Below, piece by piece: positions 28,811 to 36,856 of a stretch of 64,000 nucleotides of DNA (position 1 is the first letter of the stretch; the number at the start of each line of letters is the position of its first letter). The stretch is from an uncultured Erysipelotrichaceae bacterium (GTDB lineage Bacteria > Bacillota_I > Bacilli_A > RF39 > UBA660), in assembly GCA_902767375.1 (NCBI GenBank), contig CACXGV010000001.1, forward strand, positions 1,080 to 65,079. The letters are read 5' to 3'. The notes beneath the pieces were generated by a model, which was not told the origin of the DNA, made no database searches, and saw nothing but the letters and a program-made list of their open reading frames with translations. The translations under genes were made by a program, and so were the position numbers.

Positions 28811-30676
28811 TTAACAATTCCTATCTATATATCCTTGTAAAGACATAATCTGATAACTACTAGCAGATCCTGGAGTATATTGTCCAAAAACAAGACCCAT
28901 TTGTCCACCAGCTGACTCTAATGTTACCAAATAACCACCTTTATTCTCTACTACTAAAATAACATGACCTTCATTAACTAAAATATCTCCGGGACCAGCT
29001 TCTTGGAAAGAAATCCTTGTTCCAATAGACATAAAACCAGTTGTAATATATCCTCCAATATCTTTTCCCATTGCATTACCTAATGCCCAAGAAACAAATC
29101 CTGAACAGTCAAATCCATAATAATTATAGCAAGTACTTGGACTACAACTGGCACCAACCTGCGATCCATGTTTTGGATTGACTCCCATATAAATAGAGCC
29201 TTCGTGGCCACCACCCCAATAATAAGGTAATCGATAACCTGCTTGATATAAACCATAAGCAAGAGTTACTCCTGCAGCTGCTACTGCCGCCCTTGTACAT
29301 TTTCCTGATGCGTTTACATTTTCCGTAACAGCCGCGTGTAAAGACTCATAGGCATCATCACCTAAAGCTGTTCTAATTGGAGTTGTTAATAAATTTGTAC
29401 CAGCAGTCCCACTAGGATAACTATCTAAAAGATATGGTACTCCCGTATGGAAATGTTCTTTAATATAAGCAAGAACCATTGCATGAATCTTACGATAAGT
29501 AGTATCAGTATAACTAACTCCATCAATTACTTCTGCCCTATTTACCATTCCATATATATCTATAAAATTATCACCAATTTTAGATTTTAACTGGTTATTA
29601 AAAATTTGAACCTTTTGATTAGTAGCACCAGGCACTACCGTTTGACCATCTGCTATAGGCCCCAATCCCAAAAATAAGAAATGAACATCAGAATTACTAC
29701 TAGCCATTGCATTATAAGCATTATAATAACTAGCATAATTATTTAAATCATTTAATCCTAAATTAATAACAACAAATCTAATCTTAACATTTGGATCAGC
29801 TATTTTACTATTTATTTCAGCCCTAGCCGAACCCATAAACCAGTTATAATTACCTTGATCATTATAAATAAAAGTTAAATCATCAGCACTAATAATATGG
29901 CTCATTTCCTTTATACGACTATCTCCAACATATATCATCATACGTTGAATATCCGCCTCAGTAAGCACTCCTGGACCTTGAGTACCTACAGTATCTTTCG
30001 GAGTTGGCTTATAAATATCCTCAGTTAAATCTAAAAGACCACCCAAAGCCGGACCTAAAATAGCAACAAAAAGAATTAAAAAAATAGCACCAAAACCAAA
30101 TATTGAAAAGATAATACTACGAACTAAAATCTTCTTAAGAAAACCTTTTCTCTTTTCCTTCTTTTCCTCTTTTTCTTCTTGTTCAGTTTTAACTTCTTCA
30201 TCTTGAGGAATTTCTTGTGGTGCTTTGCTACCACCTTTACCAGTTACCTTATCTTTAGCCCACTGTTTGCCAGTTTCCTTGGCAAGATCTTTAGCCCCTT
30301 CCTTAGTAAGACTTTCCTTACTTACTCCACCAGCAACTGTATCCGCAGCGTTAATTAAACCAGTATCATTTGCCGTATTAATAACGCCTTGTAATTGTTT
30401 ACCACCTAGCGAATATTTATTAGCTTGAGTAACAGCTTTACCTGCCGTGTTTATTACAGCTTGACCAGTTTTTGTACTAGCAACAATATCAACTGCTTTC
30501 CCACCAGCTTTTCCAAAATAAGCAGTTGCAACAGCTTTACCTGCAACTTTTACTGCTTTAGCATTGGACTCATCGGCATGGGCTTTTTCAGCTGCTTTTT
30601 TTTGTTTTTCTTTTTGCTCTGGACTTAATTCTTCACGAGGCTCAAGTTCATCTTCTCTATCAAACCCATCATCCAT
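28811..30676 (-). CDS. membrane-anchored bifunctional cell-wall hydrolase: SGNH/GDSL-like esterase plus NlpC/P60 endopeptidase
   Basis: Cytoplasmic N-terminus with GKAV repeats, then a TM segment. GDS block YVGDSR and GxND block NLGLND. NlpC/P60 Cys in FDCSGFVSWA and His in GHVILVV. Confidence 0.7.
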   Translation of the reverse strand: MDDGFDREDELEPREELSPEQKEKQKKAAEKAHADESNAKAVKVAGKAVATAYFGKAGGKAVDIVASTKTGQAVINTAGKAVTQANKYSLGGKQLQGVINTANDTGLINAADTVAGGVSKESLTKEGAKDLAKETGKQWAKDKVTGKGGSKAPQEIPQDEEVKTEQEEKEEKKEKRKGFLKKILVRSIIFSIFGFGAIFLILFVAILGPALGGLLDLTEDIYKPTPKDTVGTQGPGVLTEADIQRMMIYVGDSRIKEMSHIISADDLTFIYNDQGNYNWFMGSARAEINSKIADPNVKIRFVVINLGLNDLNNYASYYNAYNAMASSNSDVHFLFLGLGPIADGQTVVPGATNQKVQIFNNQLKSKIGDNFIDIYGMVNRAEVIDGVSYTDTTYRKIHAMVLAYIKEHFHTGVPYLLDSYPSGTAGTNLLTTPIRTALGDDAYESLHAAVTENVNASGKCTRAAVAAAGVTLAYGLYQAGYRLPYYWGGGHEGSIYMGVNPKHGSQVGASCSPSTCYNYYGFDCSGFVSWALGNAMGKDIGGYITTGFMSIGTRISFQEAGPGDILVNEGHVILVVENKGGYLVTLESAGGQMGLVFGQYTPGSASSYQIMSLQGYIDRNC

Positions 30677-30700
30677 AGCTATTACTCCTTTCTAAAAATA

Positions 30701-31180
30701 CTAATAAATTCTAACTTTATAATTCATAATTGAAGATTCAACAAAACCATATTCATTGCCTATTGAATCCATCGCAAAATAAACTCTTTTACCATCTACC
30801 ATTTCATTAGAATAATTTCTAACTGTTGTAGTATAAAAACCTTTCTTTTGTTTTAAAGTATCTAAATAACTTTTAAAACTTTTATAACTATCAAACTTTT
30901 CAATTAAAGTTTCATCATCAAGCATTGTAAATGCTTTTTCTGGATCATTAATTAAAATATCCATAAATTCACTATAATATTTCTTAACAAGTTCTTCATC
31001 GGTAATATACACCGGTATTACTTCATTTACTTCATAATCTTTAAATTCAAAATCCTGTTTTAATACTCTTCCATTACTTCCATCATTTTCTTTAAATATA
31101 AATGATATTATTAATGGAACAAGTATAATAATAAGCCCGATTAAGAGAGGCCTTAAAGAGTTTTTTGAAAGTTCTTCCAT
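30701..31180 (-). CDS. TM-anchored T4SS-associated protein (VirB8-like position; unverified)
   Basis: 159 aa with an N-terminal TM and a ~120-aa soluble domain. TAATG overlap with the upstream gene. Confidence 0.4.
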   Translation of the reverse strand: MEELSKNSLRPLLIGLIIILVPLIISFIFKENDGSNGRVLKQDFEFKDYEVNEVIPVYITDEELVKKYYSEFMDILINDPEKAFTMLDDETLIEKFDSYKSFKSYLDTLKQKKGFYTTTVRNYSNEMVDGKRVYFAMDSIGNEYGFVESSIMNYKVRIY

Positions 31181-31692
31181 TATAATGCCTCCTTAAAATA
31201 CTTACCATCATATGGTTCAACACTAAATAAATTTTTTTTATTATCAATATTAACTATTAAATAATAATCTGAACCACCATCATATTCATTTATAAATTCT
31301 TTTTTCAATAATCCATAAATATAATACTTTGTAATACTTCCATTTTTAGAATAATACATCTTCCTAGCATTAAATGAATATAAATCATCTAATTCACCTA
31401 AATTCTTAATTAGATTACTTTTATTAAGATTATTATTATTAAGATATTGATTATCCACAATTTTCATTAAGTTATCCACATTTTTTTTGCTTAAATTTAA
31501 AATATATCTATTAGCACAACTTTCAACTGTAAAAAAAGTTGATTTTTCACTAACAAGAGCATATGATTCTTTAGTATTTTGCTGTTCTACAGCAAGTTCC
31601 TCTGCATCGCCTTTTCTTATTACAAAGAATAGACCGATAGCTAAAAGGGTGATAATCCCTATTAAAATATAATCTGTTTTATTTAATTTCAT
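31180..31692 (-). CDS. TM-anchored T4SS-associated protein (VirB8-like position; unverified)
   Basis: About 170 aa with an N-terminal TM and a ~130-aa soluble domain. ATG 31692 follows AAAGGTGAT. Confidence 0.4.
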   Translation of the reverse strand: MKLNKTDYILIGIITLLAIGLFFVIRKGDAEELAVEQQNTKESYALVSEKSTFFTVESCANRYILNLSKKNVDNLMKIVDNQYLNNNNLNKSNLIKNLGELDDLYSFNARKMYYSKNGSITKYYIYGLLKKEFINEYDGGSDYYLIVNIDNKKNLFSVEPYDGKYFKEAL

Positions 31693-31707
31693 AATTATCA
31701 CCTTTTT

Positions 31708-33759
31708 CTAATAAGAACCATCATAGATGCCTTGTAAGAAAGTTAAATTACATTCCTTATATCTTCTAGTTTTTAATCCCCCTAAAACAGTACCACTACC
31801 ATCTCTAATATAATAATTGTTCCACCAACTTGAACATAATGATTGAGAATTACCATATCTACTATAAGCTGATAAAAAATCATCCATACGATAACCAGCA
31901 TTATAACAAAGATCTGTAAGAGCATCTATTTGATTTTGACTAAATGAAAGTCCAGCACTGGCAAGTTTTCCACGTACGTATTCAGCCCATTTTTCAACTT
32001 CAACGGCAAACACTTGCTCAACTACTGATTTAGGAATTGTACTACCACAATAATTACTATAAGGTGGACTACCTACTAAAGGATAACCCACACTAGCAAA
32101 TGTAGCTGCATTATGTGTAAGCGTAACCCCAGGTCCAGCCGTTGGAACATCACCTGAATTACAATAAACTACATAACTATCTCCACTAGCTGGTCCTGCT
32201 CCTTCAAATCCAATTAACATTCCAATAAGTTCACCTAAACTAGATAAACTAGAAGGTCTAGGATTATTTGGATCAATATAATCAAGTGGATCTACCGCTG
32301 TAGATTGGCTAGTACCAGTACGCACTTCAAAATGTAAATGGGTTCCTGTACTTACTCCACTAGTTCCCATCTTACCAATTACCTGCCCTTGAACAACTGA
32401 TTCTCCTTCATGAACAGTAATTGAGTTTTCATGCATATGACCATAGAAAGTATATAAACCATCACTATGTTGAATTTGAACGTAATTACCATATCCACCA
32501 CCACAATGGTCTTCTTGATTAGATGTTGAAAAACATCCTGTATTTACTGCTACAACAGTTCCATTTTTTGCCGCAATGATATTGGTATTACCATTACCTC
32601 CAACACCTGCTAAATCAACCCCATAGTGTTTACGTGTAGTCCCATAAACTGGATGAACTCTAACTCCATAATTACTTGTAATTGTAACAGAAACTGGATC
32701 TCCAGCTGCAAAAACTTTCCCATTTTGCTCTGTTACTTCCGCACTACCTATTGGCCACCAATAATTATCATTATTAGAAGCACCTAAATATCCAGGATTA
32801 GTTCTTCCCTTATTGTATTCTTCTAATAATTCCTTAATTTCTTTAACAATTTGTTTTCTAACTTTAACTAAATCTTCCGCATATTTTTCTTTATCTAATT
32901 GATCTAAACTTTCAACCCCAGCCTTTTCTAATACGGCATTATATCTATGCCATAAATGAGGCTTACGATCAAAATAATCACCTTGTTCTAAGAAATCCCA
33001 GTACCCATCAACTAAAACTTTCTTTTGAGCACTTACTGATTCATCTGATACTGTAAAACCTTGTTCATAAGCTTTAGCTTCACAATCAGATTGTTTATGA
33101 GAAAATAAACCAAAGAAAGATTTAACTCCACTGGCAAACTTTTCCCAGAAAGATAATGACTCACTATAAATTAAAGTATAACATTTTCCATCTTCATTTA
33201 ATGAACCTGAATCACATATTGAAGTAGTAACTCCACTTTCATCTGTTACTTCATAAGAATCTTGAATCCCATAACAAGTCTTTTCATATCCAATCATAGC
33301 ATTAATTAATAGCTTTAATGAATCTCTTTCTTGTTCAAAATACTCTGCTGTTGCATTATCTCCATCATCACCATTATCATCAATATTATAAGCATTACTT
33401 CCATCATTAAAAAATGAAAGTTCATACTCAAAGAATATCGTTGCTATAATAATTGAATCTTCTATAAAATAACCTTTTCTTTGTTTACTAGCTAGTATTT
33501 TATATAACTGAGTATAGAATTTTCTTTGTTGTTTAATAATTTTATCAACACATCTATCTCTATCCTCTTCTTTTTCACCCATACAAGCTCTAATCCAATA
33601 ATCTTTTGTTTGCTCTGCAAATTCATCAAAATCAAAATCACTATACTTTTGAATATCTGCATTTACAGGTTTTACCGCAAACGAAAAAACTATTAAAAAG
33701 ATGAATAGTATTTTCATCATCTTATTTAATAATTTATGTTTGTTATTTCTATAATTCAT
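31708..33759 (-). CDS. secreted bifunctional cell-wall hydrolase: M23 peptidase plus GH24 phage-type lysozyme
   Basis: Signal peptide. M23 motifs HYGVDLAG and GTHLHFEVR. C-terminal lysozyme motifs FEGAG, QNQIDALTDLCYNAG and GLKTRRYKE. Confidence 0.8.
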   Translation of the reverse strand: MNYRNNKHKLLNKMMKILFIFLIVFSFAVKPVNADIQKYSDFDFDEFAEQTKDYWIRACMGEKEEDRDRCVDKIIKQQRKFYTQLYKILASKQRKGYFIEDSIIIATIFFEYELSFFNDGSNAYNIDDNGDDGDNATAEYFEQERDSLKLLINAMIGYEKTCYGIQDSYEVTDESGVTTSICDSGSLNEDGKCYTLIYSESLSFWEKFASGVKSFFGLFSHKQSDCEAKAYEQGFTVSDESVSAQKKVLVDGYWDFLEQGDYFDRKPHLWHRYNAVLEKAGVESLDQLDKEKYAEDLVKVRKQIVKEIKELLEEYNKGRTNPGYLGASNNDNYWWPIGSAEVTEQNGKVFAAGDPVSVTITSNYGVRVHPVYGTTRKHYGVDLAGVGGNGNTNIIAAKNGTVVAVNTGCFSTSNQEDHCGGGYGNYVQIQHSDGLYTFYGHMHENSITVHEGESVVQGQVIGKMGTSGVSTGTHLHFEVRTGTSQSTAVDPLDYIDPNNPRPSSLSSLGELIGMLIGFEGAGPASGDSYVVYCNSGDVPTAGPGVTLTHNAATFASVGYPLVGSPPYSNYCGSTIPKSVVEQVFAVEVEKWAEYVRGKLASAGLSFSQNQIDALTDLCYNAGYRMDDFLSAYSRYGNSQSLCSSWWNNYYIRDGSGTVLGGLKTRRYKECNLTFLQGIYDGSY

Positions 33760-33778
33760 AGAAAACCACCTCTAACTA

Positions 33779-35569
33779 CTATAATCCTCCACCAGAACCA
33801 AAAGAGTCTAATTCTTCTGGAGTTAATACAACATTAATTCTCATACGTCTAGATCCACATACAAATAATGCTTCTCCTTGACTATAAGTCTTAATGCTTT
33901 CTTTTTCGTTTTCATTTAAATCTATAAGTCTAGATAAATCTTCTACTGCTTGTTTTCTTAACCCCATTACTAAATAGTAAGAAGCATTATCAAAAATAGC
34001 TTTACCATGAACAAATACATTCTCAGCAGCAAAATCTGTAGGTTGTTGAGTAATAATAATTGTACCTGTATTATACTTACGACTTCTTCTTTGAACTTGA
34101 GCTAAGAATTCCGCTCCTAATTCATTTTTAGCAGATAAAAGTACATGTGCTTCATCCACATACATTACTGTATTAATAGATTTATCTAAGCATAAACCCC
34201 AAGCATATTTCAAAATATTAAAGAAAAGTGCATTACGAATATTTTCATCACTATTCATAAGCTCTCTAATATTAAATACAACAAAATTACTATCAGTTTC
34301 AATTGTAGTATGTCCATTAAAATAATATCTAAGTTCTAAAGTAAATGGTTTAATTCTAAGAGATAATCTTTCCATTACATCTTTTTCTCTAGTAGCTTCA
34401 GGCATAGATAATAATCTACCCTTAATAGTTGAGAAAACATCATCAAATGTTGGATAATCCGCAGATGTAAAAGTACTAAAATCTGTATCAAAATCTATAC
34501 CAAATCTCTTATAAGTTTCTAAACAAACTTCACTAAACATTTGAAGTACATCATCTTCAATAGAAGGATAATAATACTTAATAAATGCTTTTAAACTTTG
34601 AAGTGTTCTAGTTAAAACAGAATGAGCAGCTCCATCCTTAATTTCTTCTTCATCAGCATCAAAAATAACCTCAAGTGGATTAATCATTCCAAAGTCTCCA
34701 CCCTTACCTAAATCGATAAAGTTTCCACCATAATTCTTAACCATATCCTCAAGCTCACCTTCAGGATCGATAGCAATTATCTTACAATTATTTCTAATGT
34801 GAGTACGAAGTAATAACTTAGCAGCAGTTGATTTACCAGAACCGGATGTACCTAAGATAATAATATTTGCATTATTTCTATTAAACTCTTTTCTTGTTTG
34901 ATATAAGAACTGATTAAATAAAACTACTCCACCAGAGAAATCTATACCAAGAAGAGTTGCACTTCCAGGATCTTTTATACTATCAAATACAAAAGGATAC
35001 ATAGCCGCTATAGTTGGACTTGGAATAGGTGTTCCTACTCTCTCTTCAATATCTTGTTTAGGGAAAATAGGAATCATTGATTTAAGAACTTTTTCTTGTT
35101 CAAACATCATTGGAATTCCACGCATTTCCATTGCATCTAAATAATTTCTAACTTGAATCTTTTTACTTTCTAATTCTTCTTTAGTATCTGCTGTAATCAT
35201 AATATGCATTTGAAAATCATATATCTTTGATTGTGTAGCAGCAAGCATTTGAACAAAAGATTCTAAAGATTCATAATCTTGACGTATTCTTTCTTGAATA
35301 GTTCTTTCATGTTCATTTTGATACCTTTGTTTTAAATCAGCAACTTCCTTATCTATCATTCTACTCATTGTAGAAAAATTAATTGGAATATGTTTAACAA
35401 CAACTTTAACCCCTGGAATATTAGTAACATTTGCTAAAAATCCAGGACCTATAACTTTAGGGAAACTAATAATAGTAAGAATAGTAGCATATTTATCACT
35501 AATCATAAAATCATTAATATTAAAGTTAATTCCTTTAGGAGCTATTTCACTTTTAAATGTACTACTCAT
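33779..35569 (-). CDS. VirB4-like T4SS ATPase, C-terminal 596-aa part (split gene)
   Basis: Walker A GTSGSGKST and Walker B VMYVDEAHVLL. Separated from the N-terminal part by a 7-bp tandem duplication. Confidence 0.85.
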   Translation of the reverse strand: MSSTFKSEIAPKGINFNINDFMISDKYATILTIISFPKVIGPGFLANVTNIPGVKVVVKHIPINFSTMSRMIDKEVADLKQRYQNEHERTIQERIRQDYESLESFVQMLAATQSKIYDFQMHIMITADTKEELESKKIQVRNYLDAMEMRGIPMMFEQEKVLKSMIPIFPKQDIEERVGTPIPSPTIAAMYPFVFDSIKDPGSATLLGIDFSGGVVLFNQFLYQTRKEFNRNNANIIILGTSGSGKSTAAKLLLRTHIRNNCKIIAIDPEGELEDMVKNYGGNFIDLGKGGDFGMINPLEVIFDADEEEIKDGAAHSVLTRTLQSLKAFIKYYYPSIEDDVLQMFSEVCLETYKRFGIDFDTDFSTFTSADYPTFDDVFSTIKGRLLSMPEATREKDVMERLSLRIKPFTLELRYYFNGHTTIETDSNFVVFNIRELMNSDENIRNALFFNILKYAWGLCLDKSINTVMYVDEAHVLLSAKNELGAEFLAQVQRRSRKYNTGTIIITQQPTDFAAENVFVHGKAIFDNASYYLVMGLRKQAVEDLSRLIDLNENEKESIKTYSQGEALFVCGSRRMRINVVLTPEELDSFGSGGGL

Positions 35570-36119
35570 TACTCATCACCGTCCCAAACTCATTTGAAGC
35601 ACCGCCATTTAGGAAGTTTTGTAGCAAGAATTTCAAATCATCATCACTTGTTTGTCTACTAACTAGTCCTATTTGTGCTAAATTACTAATTAAATTTTGA
35701 ATTCTCTTTTGACATATTTCTAACTTTTGATGTCTAAACATAATAAAATATTCTGTATCAACAACATTCATAGCTGTCGAAGTAAAACTCTCAGCTTTAG
35801 CAATATCTTGACTAATTAACTTTCTAACAGCCTGAGAAGGTGCTTGATCAAATTGTAATTGTAACTCAGATAAATATAGATTAATATCTACTGGTCTATC
35901 AGCAACCATCAACCAGAACTCATAATCAATTGTGTTATAAAAGCTTCTAAAGTTAAATATAATATTATTTTGAGTTTGCTGATCTAAAATAAAGATATTT
36001 TTTGGCTCAACTTTAATACCAGTAACATACCAATTATTATCTAAAACTATCATTCCATTTTGAATAGCCTTAATTGGTACCCAATCTTCACTATACTTAC
36101 TTTGACTCTTCTTTGCCAT
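35562..36119 (-). CDS. VirB4-like T4SS ATPase, N-terminal 185-aa part (split gene)
   Basis: WVPIKAIQNGMIVLDNNWYVTGIKVEPKNIFILD... resembles N-termini of Firmicutes VirB4 (TcpF / Tn916 Orf16 type). Removing one copy of ATGAGTA fuses it in frame to the 596-aa ORF. Confidence 0.7.
   Translation of the reverse strand: MAKKSQSKYSEDWVPIKAIQNGMIVLDNNWYVTGIKVEPKNIFILDQQTQNNIIFNFRSFYNTIDYEFWLMVADRPVDINLYLSELQLQFDQAPSQAVRKLISQDIAKAESFTSTAMNVVDTEYFIMFRHQKLEICQKRIQNLISNLAQIGLVSRQTSDDDLKFLLQNFLNGGASNEFGTVMSNE
35563..35576 (-). repeat. 7-bp perfect tandem duplication splitting virB4
   Basis: The plus strand reads tactcat tactcat, so the minus strand reads ATGAGTA ATGAGTA. Confidence 0.9.
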
Positions 36120-36426
36120 AGTTTACACACCAACCTTTCCAAAAATATGTTCTTCTATTTGTAAAATATTCATATACTATCTTTATAAGCGTCCTAACAT
36201 TATGGACATTAGGAAGCGGTATAACTAAAAAGGAACAAATAAGTACTGGTGTTAAAATAAATAATATTCCTTTTATTGAAGTAGTATTAAAATTTGCTAG
36301 TATTAATATAAATGTTGCAAGTATTCCACTACCAAATATTATTAAATCTGTTCTATTAAATAAATTTAAATATAACATAGATTTTTTTGAATTGGCTGGA
36401 ATTAAAAACGTATTATTATTCCCCAT
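36097..36426 (-). CDS. small 2-TM protein, VirB3/PrgI/TcpE-like
   Basis: 109 aa with two hydrophobic helices. Lies immediately upstream of, and overlapping, virB4, as in Gram-positive T4SS loci. Confidence 0.5.
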   Translation of the reverse strand: MGNNNTFLIPANSKKSMLYLNLFNRTDLIIFGSGILATFILILANFNTTSIKGILFILTPVLICSFLVIPLPNVHNVRTLIKIVYEYFTNRRTYFWKGWCVNYGKEESK

Positions 36427-36436
36427 TTATTCCTCC

Positions 36437-36856
36437 TTATTTTAATATATCCCTTCTAAAATCAGCTTCAGCTACTCTTTGTAAAGCAATTTTATAATTT
36501 GTATAAAAATCATCTATCTTTCTTGCTTGAACTATCATTCCAAGCCTAGATGCAAAATCACTATTATCCATTAATAGTTTTCTTAATGATGATATTTTTT
36601 CATTAAAGAATCCAGGACTTACCATAGCTACTTTTTCTTTAATGAAATCAAATATTTTTTTATCATAATCATCATTAACTTCTTTAACATACTCATCATA
36701 GAATGGAGAGTCTTTAAATTCTCTTCTTAAATCAATTAAGGCATATTCTCGATAAGTTTCAAACATTTCAATATCATCACTATCATCAGAATAATTAACT
36801 ATTGTTAAAAACTCTCCCACATATGAACTACAAAACTCATATTCTTTAGTTTCCAT
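36437..36856 (-). CDS. hypothetical acidic cytoplasmic protein (T4SS-associated)
   Basis: 139-aa ORF with a TAATG overlap onto the virB6-like gene. Confidence 0.45.
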   Translation of the reverse strand: METKEYEFCSSYVGEFLTIVNYSDDSDDIEMFETYREYALIDLRREFKDSPFYDEYVKEVNDDYDKKIFDFIKEKVAMVSPGFFNEKISSLRKLLMDNSDFASRLGMIVQARKIDDFYTNYKIALQRVAEADFRRDILK

